Shown: positions 1 through 13,383 of the stretch, one piece after another | Layout of the letters: the number at the start of each line of letters is the position of its first letter | Numbering within the stretch: position 1 is the stretch's first letter | NCBI RefSeq assembly: GCF_006345805.1 | Contig: NC_043014.1 | Coordinates: 48,732,001-48,796,000 of the forward strand | Reading direction: 5' to 3' | DNA length: 64,000 bases | Source: Octopus sinensis | Taxonomy: Eukaryota | Translations under genes and position numbers: made by a program | Notes under the pieces: model-generated | What the model was told of the DNA's origin: nothing | The model's input: only the letters and a program-made list of their open reading frames with translations | The model's database searches: none

Positions 1-960
1 TGTGCACGTAAGCGAAAGCAGGGTATTGTAATCACTTGTCTTTGTCTGTGTGTTTGCAAAATTACTGGAAAATGGCTGAATGGATTTTCACTAAATTTGG
101 CAGAAACATTCATTGGGTGAGTGACTCGAAATGATGAAAATTTGGTTTGATCATCTTCAAACAATCATAAATACATACGTACATAAGCAACTCTGTGTGT
201 TTGTGTGTGTGTACAGTGATGGATTCGAGGGTTTCGTTTATTTATGAATTGATATCTTAATTTTACTGGAGTTTGATATCTTAATTTTACTGGAGTATAA
301 ATACCTATAATGGTGATACTTAAAAAGAAAATTAAAAACTTTTACCTTATAACCGCAAAAAATAACAAGGTAAAAGTTTTTAATTTTCATTCCCTTTGAA
401 AATTGCTATTAAATGTGGTTTTGGTCGTTTTGACTGCTTCTTTTAGCATGTAAAAATTACCTGTTAAAGGTAGTTTTCTCTTGTGATTAAATGTACACTA
501 TTTTATATTACATATATATATATAGCCTAAAATAGGTCTAACTTCTAATGGACTAAAACATGAAGTGCAATTGGGGGTCCTTAATTTCAGTGTTTTAGTG
601 TCAGCATGGAAGGGGACATTCGTATTTTGAAAATTAGATTTGCTGATTGGTCAAAATTGATGTCAGTTTGAAATGAGGACACTAAATATATCCTGGAAAA
701 GGGGTTAACTTTCAAGGTAGCAGAGATGAACTAGGTCTAAACAACAAGAAAGGACACATCAGATAATGCAATCCTATGTAAACTGTCAATCCTATGTAAA
801 CTGTGTCTGCAGAGAAGAGAGGATGATCAGAACTAGAATACCTTTGCTGGATCAAGCCTTACCTGGGGCTAAACAATGTCAACAATAGTAAAATGAGTTT
901 TATTGATCTTTTGTAAAATGGGTTCAGATTCTAATATTAATTCCTTCTTATTTCTTCCAG

Positions 961-1047
961 TGGTTGGAGCCAATTGTCCGAAATTCTATGAAGCCACTTG
1001 CTGAAATGGATGTAAAAAGGTCTGTTGAAAGACTTCTAAAATTAGCC
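961..1047 (+). CDS. DGAT1: Diacylglycerol O-acyltransferase 1 (MBOAT family), internal exon (first in window)
   Basis: ttcttccag acceptor, gtaagt donor; 87 nt, [29 protein letters not shown], resembling DGAT1 'NSMKP...ERLLKLA'. Confidence 0.95.
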
Positions 1048-2731
1048 GTAAGTAATTCTAATTCTGTCAATACCAAACTCATTGTTACATAAATCTAGTT
1101 CTTGTGTTTATACTAAATTTTCACTAAAATATATCAAAACAGCTAAAACTGCCTTTTTTTTATGGTGGGTTTTTTAACCCTTTCATTGTAAAATTACATT
1201 TCATGGTTATTTCTGTAATGATGTTAAATATCTACCAAAAAATAGAATTGGTATTTTTTGCTAGTTACGGTGCCTCAGTGAACTTGAGATATCTCAACAG
1301 AAAATAGTTTCAAACTTGACATTCCTCAACTGGTTCATGTCTATTGCTTGGCACCTTGGGCAAGTGTCTTCTACTATAGCCATGAGCTGATAAAAACCTT
1401 GTGAGTAGATTTGGTAGATGGAAACTGAAAGAAGCTTGTTGTAAATGTGTGTGTGTGTGTATGTGAAGTGTGTCTTGACTTGACCTTGCATGATTGTTGT
1501 AAATGAGTGTCACTGTCATACAAGCAGTGTCATTTGTTTCCAGTCTTCTGTCAGAACATGTTTGGCCCTGAGGGAATTGCTCCTTACTTGGAAACAGGTG
1601 TGAGTTGGCAACAGGAAGGGCAACCAGCTGTAAAAAAAATCTGCCTCAACAAACAATACCTGATCTATGCAGCATGGAAAAGTGGATTTTCACATAATGA
1701 TGATGAGGATGATCAACAATGGGTTTTCTTTTAGTTCCTTAACTCTTTACTGCCCACACGGGGCTACACACAGAGGGTCAAACAAGAACAGACGAATGGA
1801 TTAAATCAATTATTATGACCCCAGTACGTAACAGGTACTTATTTAATTGACCCCAAAAGAATGAAAGGCAAAGTCAACCGTGGTGGAATTTGAACTCAGA
1901 ACATAGCGGCAGATGAAATATCTATTTCTTTACTACCCACAAGGGGCTACACACAGAGGGGACAAACAAGGACAGACAAATGGATTAAGTCGATTATATT
2001 GACCCCAGTGCGTAACCGGTACTTATTTAATCGACCCCGAAAGGATGAAAGGCAAAGTTGACCTCGGTGGAATTTGAACTCGGAACGTAACCGCAGACGA
2101 AATACTGCTAAGCATTTCGTCCGGCATGCTAACGATTCTGCCAGCTTGCCACCCTATTTCTTTTAGTTTCTGTCTACCAAATTCACTCAATGGTTGGACT
2201 GGGGTTGTAATAGCAGACACTTGTGCAAGGTAAGTGCCATACTTTAGGATTGAACCTAAATCCACATGGTCAGCAAGCAAACGTCTTAACCACATAGCCA
2301 CCAGTCATACAATTATTGTGGTATATTTTCGACCTCAATTATTTTCATTTTTACTTTTTTTCTTCTTTGTTTTGTTGCATGCCATTATCGTTGTTTATTT
2401 TTAGAAGAATGACAGGAATGATTCCTGTTTCTTCTTCAGAAATTTCTAGACATTTTTTTTTCCATACTATTTTCTCTCATTGTTCCATCAATAATGTCAT
2501 TTCCTTGACAAAGTCTCAAATAGTTTGGTTTCTATCCAAATCATTTACCATTCTGTTATCATTTGGAATATATTTCTTTTATTTATTTATTTTATTCATT
2601 ATTCTCAATCAACTGACATTTGAACAAAGCGACAAGGAAAATATTTCTTTATAGTAATTACCTTAATTACACTAATTGATTGGTTGCAGAGGATTTTGCT
2701 GATGTTTTGAAAATATTTTGTCTTCTTACAG

Positions 2732-2844
2732 GTTCCAAACCATATGATTTGGCTGATTTTCTTTTATTGGTTCTTCCATTCCTGTTTGAATGTGGTTGCA
2801 GAACTTTTGCAGTTTGGAGACCGAGAATTTTACCACGATTGGTG
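2732..2844 (+). CDS. DGAT1: DGAT1 exon
   Basis: cttacag/gtgagc; 113 nt, [37 protein letters not shown](W), containing the FYxDWWN motif; phase 0 to 2. Confidence 0.96.
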
Positions 2845-2857
2845 GTGAGCATTAGTC

Positions 2858-2891
<34 letters not shown>

Positions 2892-3009
2892 TATTATTTA
2901 TTATTATTATTTATCATTATTACTATTATTATTTATTATTGCTATTTAATATTATTTATTATTATTATAATTATTACTAGTTCTCTTTCTCTTAAAAACT
3001 CTCTAATAA

Positions 3010-3216
3010 TCATGAAGTATATTTTCCCCCTAAATGTGGCTGACTCATATGGGATGATACTACTGTAGTTTATAGCCCCAGGTAGACATCTCCCCCAGCT
3101 GGCTAACGACACACTGTCTGTAGCCAGCTGGAGGAGATGTCTCCCTGGGGCTATAAACTACAGTCGCATCGTCCCATATGAGTCAGCCACATTTAGGTGG
3201 CGAATATACTTCACGA
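3010..3216. repeat. Long inverted repeat (fold-back, arms of about 95 bp) in DGAT1 intron
   Basis: tcatgaagtatatt...cagctggcta / tagccagctg...aatatacttcacga; loop acgacacactgtctg. Confidence 0.9.
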
Positions 3217-3283
3217 TGTCATGCTGCTACTGTTTATATCTCACTCAGAGTTTTTATTATTGCTTTCTAATAATTTTTTGCAG

Positions 3284-3349
3284 GAATTCAGAGACTGTGA
3301 GTTACTTCTGGAAAAGTTGGAATATTCCAGTTCACCGATGGGCAAGCAG
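3284..3349 (+). CDS. DGAT1: DGAT1 exon
   Basis: ttttgcag/gttagc; 66 nt, NSETVSYFWKSWNIPVHRWAS(R), with the WNIPVH motif; phase 2 to 2. Confidence 0.95.
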
Positions 3350-3835
3350 GTTAGCATGGAACTCTCTTTGTTTTATTCATTTTATATCTCAAACTGACCC
3401 TCTACCCATCACTGTGACTTCTCCTTCACTTCCTTGGTTCCATATTTTTTCTCTAGTTTCAGCTCAGAGCTGTGGCCATGCTGATGCACCACCGTTTAAA
3501 GAAAGAGTACAGTAGGGTTCGCTACCACCCCCTGCCAGAGCCTCGTGGAGCTTTAGGTGTTTTCGCTCCATTAACACTCACAACGCCTGGTATGAGAATC
3601 GAAAACACGATCCCACGACCGCAAGTCCGCTGCCCTAACCACTGGGCCATTGTGTCTCCACTGTTTACATACCATGTCATTCACAAAGATTCCTATTTTC
3701 TTTGGGGTGGGTGAGGGTTTAGATGGAATATAATTGCTTTCGTGTGGCACTTTGAACAAGTGTTTTCTACTATGGCTCCAAATTGATCAAGGCCTTGCAA
3801 GTAGATTTGGTAGATAGAAACTGAAAGAAGCCCAT

Positions 3836-3929
<94 letters not shown>

Positions 3930-3933
<4 letters not shown>

Positions 3934-4134
3934 GGGCTGCCGAAGAGTTCTTGGCTTTGGGTAAAAGAAACTACAGGAGGATCGGTTAATTATGATTTCA
4001 TTCAACATATTCCCCTCTCAGAGTCACACACTTATTGCAGCAGTCCTTCAGTTTTTTCAATCCCTTGGGAGGTTGGTCCTCCAACCAGGCCTTTCTCAAT
4101 ACCCTTAAAGCCAGGAACTTTTCAGCACCCCTCG
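3930..4134. mobile_element. Tc1/mariner-type MITE in DGAT1 intron
   Basis: TIRs tgaggggctgccgaagagttcttggcttt / aaagccaggaacttttcagcacccctcg, flanked by TA. Confidence 0.75.
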
Positions 4135-4452
4135 TATGCATGCATGTGTGTGTGTGTATTTTTGTTTGTTTGTTTGACAAAATATGTGGATTAAATATTT
4201 TTGAATTTTATGAACACTATAATTAATTCTTAAATTGTGTGTAATTAATTCTTAAATTGTGATTTGAATGAAAAATTACCTCATTATTTACATTTCCTCT
4301 TCCAAGTTTTCATTGCCTTTTGGAACCTTGTCAGAGGATGTTGACTCTCATTATTGTTGTCTTAATAATTTTCCTTCTTCTTTACACTTTATATATCTAA
4401 AATTATTTTATTTACAACTTTTCCATTGAAATCTCTTTTAATATTTCAACAG

Positions 4453-4540
4453 ACATCTATACAAACCATTGGTAAAACGAGGCCATTCCAAGTTCACAGC
4501 ATCCTGTTTAGTATTTTTACTCTCGGCTTTTTTCCATGAA
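4453..4540 (+). CDS. DGAT1: DGAT1 exon with catalytic His
   Basis: caacag/gtaagt; 88 nt, HLYKPLVKRGHSKFTASCLVFLLSAFFHE; SAFFHE is the MBOAT active-site motif. Confidence 0.96.
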
Positions 4541-4715
4541 GTAAGTATCATTTCACCACAGTCATCGCCATCATCATCTCAACCATCACCATCACCATTG
4601 ACAATCCTATCATTGTCATTATGTATCAACTTCAGCTTGTACTAATGCTGGAGCTACAATGATAGACATGTCACGTATCTCATTTCATCACTGTCCTATT
4701 TTAGAAGGACACCTT

Positions 4716-5234
4716 GATGACTGGCATCCGTGCTAGCGGGATGCAAAGAGCGCCATACGAGTGTGATCGTTCACAGAGCGGCTAACCGGCTTCCATGCCA
4801 GTGGCACATAAAAGGCACCATTTGAGTGTGATCGTTACCAGCATCGCCCTACTGGCGCTTGTGCCTATGCTAGTAGGGTGCCAAGAGCACCATCCGAGCA
4901 TGATCATTGCCAGAGCAGCAAACTGGCTTCCGTGCCGGCGGCACATAAAAGGGCACCATTCGAGTGTGATCGTTACAAGCGTCACCTTACTGGCAACTGT
5001 GCCAGTGGCATGTGTAAAAAGATTCAAGCGAGGTCATTGCCAGTACCGCCTGACTGGCCCCTGTGCCGGTGGCACGTAAAAAGCACCCACTACACTCTCG
5101 GAGTGGTTGGCGTTAGGAAAGGCGTCCAGCTGCAGAAACTCTGCCAGATCAAGATTGGAATCTGGTTCGCCAGCCCTCAGTGAAAATCGTCCAACCCATG
5201 CTAGCATGGAAAGCGGACGTTAAACGATGATGAT
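4716..5234 (+). mobile_element. (GAT)n-tailed non-autonomous retroposon, family D (representative)
   Basis: Internal gtgccggtggcacgtaaaaagcacc subrepeats, gttggcgttaggaagggcatccagc body, catgctagcatggaaagcggacgttaaacgatgatgat end; many copies, e.g. about 26040-26413, 51420-51946, 27285-27600. Confidence 0.7.
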
Positions 5235-6680
5235 CTTCCTAGTTATTTTACTTGTTCACCTTAGAAATGGTCAACATCATAGTATGTTTGTTGTTTAGCT
5301 CTGATCCAGCTCACATAGGACCCAAAGGAGTTCTTATCTTTATTTAGAAAGAATAAGCACATCTGTGTAAAGAAGCTTGCTTCCCAATTATGTGATCTCC
5401 GGTTCAGTCCCACTGCGTGGCAAGTGTTTTCTGCTATAGAGCAAGTGTCTTTTTATTTCTTTATTGCCCACAAGGGGCTAAACATAGAGGGGACAAACAA
5501 ATGATTAAGTCGATTGCATCAACCCCAGTGCTTAACTGGTACTTAATTTATCGACCCCAAAAGAATGAAAGGCAAAGTGGACCTCGGCAGAATTTGAACT
5601 CAGAACGTAATGGCAGATGAAATACCGCTAGGCATTTCACCCAGTGTGCTAATGTTTCTGCCAGAAGACACTTGCTATAGGGTAAGTGTCTTCTGCTATA
5701 GCCCTGGATCAGCCAAAGCTTTATGAATGGATTTGGTAGGCAAAAACTGGGAGAAGTCTGTTATATATGTTTCTGTGTGTGCCCCCTTGCCTTGGTATCA
5801 TGCGGTGGTTGTAAGTAAGCATCAGTCACACAAGTGATGTTGTTTGTTTTCAGTTTTCTATGAAAAATATCTGGCCATGTGGGTGGGAGATATTGCCTTG
5901 GTTGGAAACAAGTGGAGGTTGGCAACAAGAAGGGCATCCAACTGTAGAAAATCAGTCTTAAGAAATTCTGTTTGACCCATGTAAGCATGGAAAAATGGAC
6001 GTTAAATGGCGATGATGAGGGGGACTACATCATCAAAGATGTACTTTCAGGGATATTTTGCTTGCTATTTCTAGCAGGTTATTGTTTAGAGACTCTTTTG
6101 ATGGTTCTTATTGTGGTTTTTCATTGATCCTTAGATCAGTCATGATTGAACAGACCTATCAGCAGAGATGTTCTAATCATGACCGCCCATTAAAATATCT
6201 TGGTACGATTTGAGACTTAGCTGCTATTTCTAGCAGGTTGAGCAGTCACAAAGAGGCTCCTCCTAATGTTAACTATTTATGTCAGTTTCAATGGGAAACA
6301 CATGCACATCACAAATTCTCACCTATCTATGTATTAAGTACCTCTCAATACAAAATGTCACTCTTAACTGACCTATGTACTATTTAGACTGACTGAGTTG
6401 ATATGGTTGTCAGAAACTGTGGGAGTCTGAGCTGGGGAGATGAGAGCTGACACTCCCGAAGCCAAGGTGGGGGAGGGGGGGAAGCTGATGGATTTGAAAC
6501 CATATGGGTTGGGGATTGGGAGCTGAGACTGGGCTAATATCTTTAAAATCAGAAACAAAAATATCTTATTTTGTGGTTCAAGTCCCAGATCAGTATTAAC
6601 CACATCCCTAATGGTCATCAGGACTCCTGTAATTACTCCAGAGTATCACAAGTTACTTCAATTACTCTCAAATAAATTAA

Positions 6681-7130
6681 AATAATAATAATAATAATAA
6701 TGAAATTATTGTATACAGTGCTCATGTGCACCACAACTTGTCAAAAGTGCGTATATAGCATAGGCAGTAATGTACAAATGTCTGGGAAGGGAACAGTGTA
6801 TGAGTCAGATACATGCTTGCGTGTGTATGGAGGGGAGAAAATCAGGTGTAGTGTTGGAGAATCTCAGGAAGCATGGAAGTTTTGAAGGATGCAGTGCTCC
6901 AACAACTGATGCCGGCAGTTTGTTCCATGCAACTCTCAGCGTGAAAAAATGTTTCCTAAAGTCATGGGAGCTGTGCTGTTTTCTGACTTTGTAAATATGT
7001 CCATGGGTGTTAGACAGGTGGAGTTTGAAAAGGTGCTCAGAGTTATTGTTTGTAAGATGGTTAATAATTTTATGGGTGTCTGCCAAGTCGGCCGCCAGAC
7101 ATCGGACAATGAAGCAGTAATTTACTCCCA
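6681..7130 (-). mobile_element. CR1-clade LINE 3' fragment
   Basis: ADLADTHKIINHL...HGHIYKVRKQHSSHDFRKHFFTLRV.WNKLP (CR1 ORF2 C-terminus), 3'UTR, (TTA)n tail. Confidence 0.85.
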
Positions 7131-7947
7131 CCACACTGTAATTTTAGAAAATAACTGGAGCATCACATCATCATCATTTAACGCCTGTTTTCCATGCTGG
7201 CAGGAGCTCGCCAACTGAAGAGCTGTCCAGGCTCCCTTGACTGTTTTGGCATGGTTTCTATGGCTGGATGCCCTTCCTAACACCAACTACTTTACAGAGT
7301 ATACTGGGTGCTTTTTACATGGCACCAGCACCCACAGCCCACAAGCTCAGGAATGCTCAGCTGGAGAGGGTTGCAGAGGATAAGCTTGTATGCAAGGACA
7401 ACCATGCTTTTACTGAGCTTAGTCCCCTGTCATTTCCTCTGTGAGTCTCAATGTTTGTAGGTCCTTTCTCACCACTTCGTCCCTTCTCTTCCTGGGTATA
7501 CCCCTTCCACATGTTCCCTCTGTAATTAGAGAATGGTAACAAGAGGATTTGAAAACTCTATGGGTGTTGATGCTCAGTTACAGAATATAAAAATGGGGAA
7601 TCTTGGAATCTGTTATTTCAGGAACACTACTGAAGAATTTGTTTCATGTATGTGCATGATGGAGAAGGACCATTCCCTCACCTGCTGGAACAGACCCATC
7701 CAACCCAGTATGGAATAACACATATGAAGAATAATAATAATGATTTGTATGTGAGGGCAACCAGTTAGCAAACCCCTTGTCTCTCTCCAATGTAGTTGAA
7801 CTGACTGGAGTTGAACTCACTACTGCATGGGAAAGAAACTTGTGTCAGTTTTATAATGTTTCCAATGTTTACTGTACCTCTGTTAGAAATTGTCCTAAAA
7901 TGTGTAAATTTCAATAAACTAATATCTCCACTATCTTTTTATTTCAG

Positions 7948-8010
7948 TATTTGGTCAGTGTGCCACTGAAAATGTTCCGCTGGTGGGCATTTATGGGCAT
8001 GTGCCTCCAG
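7948..8010 (+). CDS. DGAT1: DGAT1 exon
   Basis: atttcag/gtgagt; 63 nt, YLVSVPLKMFRWWAFMGMCLQ. Confidence 0.95.
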
Positions 8011-8870
8011 GTGAGTGTCACACATTCCAAAATAATTTTAGCAATTAAAAAAAAAAGTAAGAAAAATTGATAATATATCTTTGTAAAAGATTAATTTTAG
8101 AAATAATCATGTTTATTGCTACTGAAACAGTTGTTGAGCACAAATTACGAACTACTAATTGTTACCTGTCGCTACATTGCCGGGTAACCTGGTCAAGATG
8201 AAATATATCCTTCAGCAGAAGCCTACTACAACGATCACATTGATATGCTCAACAACAATCTGCTTTTTTTTTGTTCTTGAAACAAATTTTAATTCTTTCA
8301 CACACACTCTCTTAACATCTTGTCATTATAGTAAAAGCTTTTTTTAAAGTTTGATGTGTTGCCTATATATTGAAAGACAAACAAACAACAACAAAAATAC
8401 GTACTACACATGTACATATAGTTATATTTTGAAGTCTATTGCATTGTGTTGACAGGCTTGCACTTAAAATTACCCCATTTTTTAATCAAAGCTTGTTAGT
8501 TACTATGGTTACAACACTATCTTACACATTCTCTTTCACTATTTCTCTCTATTTTGCCTCGCCTTTTGTAAATATGTTGTAACAGGGGTTATCTCCCCCT
8601 CTAGATAGATCTTTTAACAAACAGATGACCAGCTTCTCTTTTATAATTATAAGATTAGTGAAATTTATACTTTTCATTCTTCATATGTTGCTCTAAAAGA
8701 TCACTTTAACCAATTCTGTATATACACACAAGTTGGATCCACCTGGATTGACTAGAATGTTACATGTTGGAGTTTAATGACCTATTATTGAGCTCTTAGT
8801 ATACATTTTTGGTGTTTATGCATCAATTTTCTCTATGTAGATATTATTTTTGTTTTGTTTTGTTTTCCAG

Positions 8871-9011
8871 GTACCACTGGCAGTAATTGTGGATTCTCGT
8901 AATTATGGTAAATATGGAAACATGGCAGTATGGCTATCACTAATTCTTGGACAGCCTATAGCTATTCTAGCCTATATGCACGACTATTACATTTTGTCCA
9001 AGACTGAATGA
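8871..9011 (+). CDS. DGAT1: DGAT1 terminal coding exon
   Basis: ttttccag acceptor; [49 protein letters not shown] at 9009-9011; GN..VW.SLI.GQP and HDYY motifs. Confidence 0.95.
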   Translation, partial: VPLAVIVDSRNYGKYGNMAVWLSLILGQPIAILAYMHDYYILSKTE

Positions 9012-11285
9012 TCCTAATACCAATTACTTCTACAAATTCCTACAATTAGTAAAAGACATCTCTTGAACCATTTTCCAAATTTAAAAAAAAAAATCATTCA
9101 AATAATTCTTCAGATCAATTGCTGGATATTTTAGAATTTGTGTTTAATTCTTTATTTCAGAATTTAAAACTAGCCAAACATTTTTTCGTTTTCCTTAACA
9201 GTACAGCATTTATTTTCTAAATAGTTCTGTGGTGGTCTGACCTTTGAGTAAAAATCCTCCGCAGAACAAACATTACTCTCACCTTTTTACCTTCCAATCC
9301 AACTTGATGCATCGTTGCGCTATTTGTAGAGACCCTGAACAAATTTATGCCCACCACATTTTAGCATCATTAAGAAATAGACTCCCTCACATATGTATAG
9401 AAATATTTTTTTCTTTTAACATTTACCTCTTACATTAGGAATTTTGGATGTGTGGGGGGTTTCACAATTGCTTTTAATACAGGGACCCTTTAATGCTGCT
9501 GACTATTAAATTGTCCTCTGTCAATCCAAAGATCAAAAATATATTTATTGATTCAAAACTGATGCTTCTAGATTTGTCACTCAGTTTTTTTCCTTTCTGA
9601 GAAATTCTTAGTTACAACAGAATCCTCAACTTTGAATGAATAAACTTTGTGTAATAAGTTCTCTTCCTATCGTTTCTGCATTCAGACATACTTGTGTGTG
9701 TATGTATATGCATATACATATAATATCTGTATATGCATGTGTGTGTATGTATATATAATGAATGTGTATTAGAAACAGGTTTATAAAGTTAACCTGTGAC
9801 TGAAATTGTATATTTTTACTAATATATTCCTCTTGTTAATGTTAATGAAAATATTACCAAATTTCTTTCAATAAGAACTGCAATATCTTTGAAGCTTTTG
9901 CCAGAAGTAAAGATTCTAAGTGTGTGAGCGTAAGATGTATGTCTTTCTGATAAATTCTTCCCAGTTTTTTAAATCTATCCATTGTCAGCAAGAGTACATT
10001 CTTCATATTCACCCTAAATGAAAAATACTGGGTTTAAAACGATTTTATCATTTGGTTTGGGTTCCAATGCATTGTTTTTAAAAAAAAAAAATGATTATTT
10101 TTTTAAATCCATTGAAAATAAAGTCCAATATATATAAACGTTTTATAAAAAAAAAAATAAAAATATAAAAAAGATATGCTGCCTTTGTCAGTAGTTCCAT
10201 TATTTCACCAGAATTCTGTGCCAAGTTAAATGGCAATCCTGAATTCAGTTTTTGACCAAATAAAATTTTCTGATTAGCACTTTACCATTTTTCTCCTAGT
10301 ATCAAGGAATAATTTGTACCAGAATATGCCAAAAACCTAAATAGTGAAATTTATTCAGTACTGGGTAGACTGATCAAGAAATTGGTAGTTCTTTTCATCA
10401 TCACCTGTTGTCTTGTACCCAGCTCCCTTCATATAGATGTAAGCAGGTAACCCAAAGCAGTGTTTATTCAATAGTGTATTTATGTTCCTTTGAAATATTA
10501 CATTTAACTGCTGTTATCCCAAAAGGATGTAAATGGCGCCTCCTTTCAATGTATTTTCCCATGAAGTTGTGATTAAGGCAACACTGAAATGACTCAGGCA
10601 GTTTGGGAAGTGACAGTTGATCGACACCACAGATTGTGGCTACAGCGCACAGCTGGCTCTATTAGCAACACACTGAACCCCCATGCCTCATTTGCCCTTG
10701 TTTATTAATAGGGACCACAGAGTATATTCACCCCTATTTGAAGCAGTCTATATTTGATGGCTGCTTTATTAGCTTGCAGTGTTTGAGTCTGATCTCTTCA
10801 GTGTAGGACACTGGAGAAAGGGACAGATTCTGTCAAATTACATGGAAACAATTTTCAAGGGTTTATAAAAGGGGACAGATCCTGCTGAACAGACTATATG
10901 AAGACAGTCATCAACAGTTTTAGAATTTACAGTGACAATGATCCTCAAGTTACCTACTGCACATCAACACACTTGGCTATGGTTCAGAACTCAATCCTTA
11001 GGGGTTTTGCTATTTACACATTAACTTTTAATGATTGTGCACAAACCAGTTTTTGGTTTTAAAAAACTGTTGAAAAGCCATCACCAATGTTTGCCTCTTG
11101 TAAACCTCATCAAATCAACAGAATTGTTTCTAGTTGCTGTTTTCAAATTTTATTCAAAATATTCATATTAAAATTGTTTTTTTTTAAATTAAATTTTAAT
11201 GTTGTTTTTTTTAAATTTCAAACAGTGTTATGTTATTGCCAAGTTTTCTGTTGTGGAAAATAAAATTGTTTGCCTCCTTTACAGG
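9012..11285 (+). other. DGAT1: Probable DGAT1 3'UTR (extent uncertain)
   Basis: About 2.3 kb of AT-rich sequence with no recognisable SINE; AATAAA at 9639 and 11259 among others; SINEs resume at about 11400. Confidence 0.4.
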
Positions 11286-12640
11286 TATCAGCTCTTTGAT
11301 GTGTCTAAATTGCTGCATGTGATAGTTACCTCCATGTGATCTGCATGTAATGAATATGTATTAAAACCTTTGTGTAGTATGTCCCCTCTTCCATGCTTTG
11401 CATGGATTGAGTGGAATTTGTTGAGGCACATATTCTATGGCTAGATGTCCTTCCTGTTGCCAACTCACACCTGTTTCCAAGTAAGGTAATATTTCCCCAT
11501 GATCAAACTCGTTTCCCACAAAAGATTTGAAATGATGGCTATTGCTTGCATGACAGTGACAATCATTTACAACTATCACAAGAAATTAAGGTGGTGAGCT
11601 GGAAGAAATATTAGCACGCCAGGTGAAAAGCTTAGCAGTATTTCGTCTGCCGTTACGTTCCGAGTTCAAATTCCGCCGAGGTCGACTTCACCTTTCATCC
11701 TTCCAAGGTCGATAAATTAAGTACCAGTTACACACTGGACTTAATCCTTTTGTCTGTCCTTGTTTGTCTCCTCTATGTTTAGCCCCTTGTGGGCAATAAA
11801 GAAATAAGAAATTTAGACAAGAGTAAAACACACATACAAGACGGGTTTCTTTCAGTTTCTGTCCACCACACCCAGACACAGACATTTGCCCAAGATACCA
11901 CTGTGGGATTGAACCCCAAACCTATGTGGTTGAGAAGTAAATTTCTTACCACAGCCACACCTGTAACTATATAGTAAATATGTATTATTACTTCCATGTG
12001 TAATAAACTTCATGTGATATGATTATTTCCCGATCTAAATCACTCCATGTTAGATTATCAATTCAAAGCTATCCCACTTTACAGCAATAACCAGAGAAAT
12101 TTCTTTGAAATTTTAAACACTCAAATTTCTGTAGCAAATGAAAGTTGGGGCTAGAAATAAAATATCTAAAATATTCATTTCAGTTGTAAACATATTAGAC
12201 CTGCACTAAATTGAAAAAAAAAAATGTTTCTTTACTACCCACAAGGGGCTAAACGGATTAAGTCGGTTACATCGACCCCAGTGCGTAACTGGTACTTAAT
12301 TTATTGACCCCGAAAGGATGAAAGGCAAAGTCGACCTCGGAGAAATTTGAACTCAGAACGTAGCAGTAGACGAAATATGGCTACGCATTTTGCCCGGCAT
12401 ACTAACGGTTCTGCCAGCTTGCTAGTAATATTGAAGGCTCTGAATTAACCTTGATTCTCTCATTGCTAATAGCGTTGATGGTGGTGGTGATTAATTTGAT
12501 TCGTGGTAGTTCTGTGTAGAACCTTCTATTCCACATGATTCAGCCACTGGAGTAAGCAGATGTAGACTGTTATCTGAAATTGCCTGACGTCCAAGACTTG
12601 ATTTACTTCTGTTTCACTTCATAAATCAGAGCGAAACAAC

Positions 12641-12863
12641 AGTAGTTGTTAGTTGTCAGAGCACCGCATCCTTCAAAACTTCCATGGTTTCTGAGATTCG
12701 TCAACACTACACCTGATTTTCTCCCCTCCATACACACACAAGCATGTGTCTGACTCATACACTGTTCGCTTTCCAGACATTTGTACATTACTGCATATGC
12801 TTTATACGCACTTTCTGACAAGTTGTGGTGCACCTGAGCACTGTACACAATTTCATTATTATT
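12641..12863 (+). mobile_element. CR1 LINE 3'UTR fragment
   Basis: Matches the 3' end of the copies at 6.7 and 21.7 kb; (ATT)n tail. Confidence 0.8.
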
Positions 12864-12873
12864 TTATATATTA

Positions 12874-13383
12874 CTAGCAGTATCGCCCGGCGTTGCTCGG
12901 GTTTGTAAGGGAAATAACTATATAAGCACTTTTAGAGAGTTACTTCCCTTATAGATGCCAATTCGGGCTTTCTTAGCCATTTCTGTTTTGGTGTCTTCAA
13001 GCCATGAAGTCGTTGTTCTAAAAGAACGCTGGTCTCCTTGACAACGCTTTACGACGTTGATTTCCTTACACTCCCTTCCCCACAGCTTCACGAGGGAGGG
13101 AAGAAGGGGGAGAAGCAAACAGGTGCAGGTGTGACCATGGACGCCAACTCCGCCGCCATCGACACTCGAAAAATTATGCATTAAAATGGAATAAAAAATG
13201 TTAAATTATTTTTAAAATCGTAGACTCATCGTAGATACGCGCTAATACTCAGACGGGCTCGATATGAATCACGACTATAAGATACCCGAATTTGGTTAAA
13301 CTGCACCGCAAAATGTGGGAGGAGTTAGGAATCTAAATCGAAGGGGACAGACACTCACACAACTACAGTTTTATATATATAGA
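12874..13383 (-). mobile_element. Non-autonomous Helitron (510 bp)
   Basis: Minus strand A|TCTATATATATAAAA ... cccgagcaacgccggg hairpin (12886-12901) ... CTAG|T; inserted between A and T, no TSD. Confidence 0.85.

Noticed and set aside
249-296. 24-bp direct duplication (also a 19-bp one at about 4220-4260)
   Set aside because: Trivial local slippage duplications in introns
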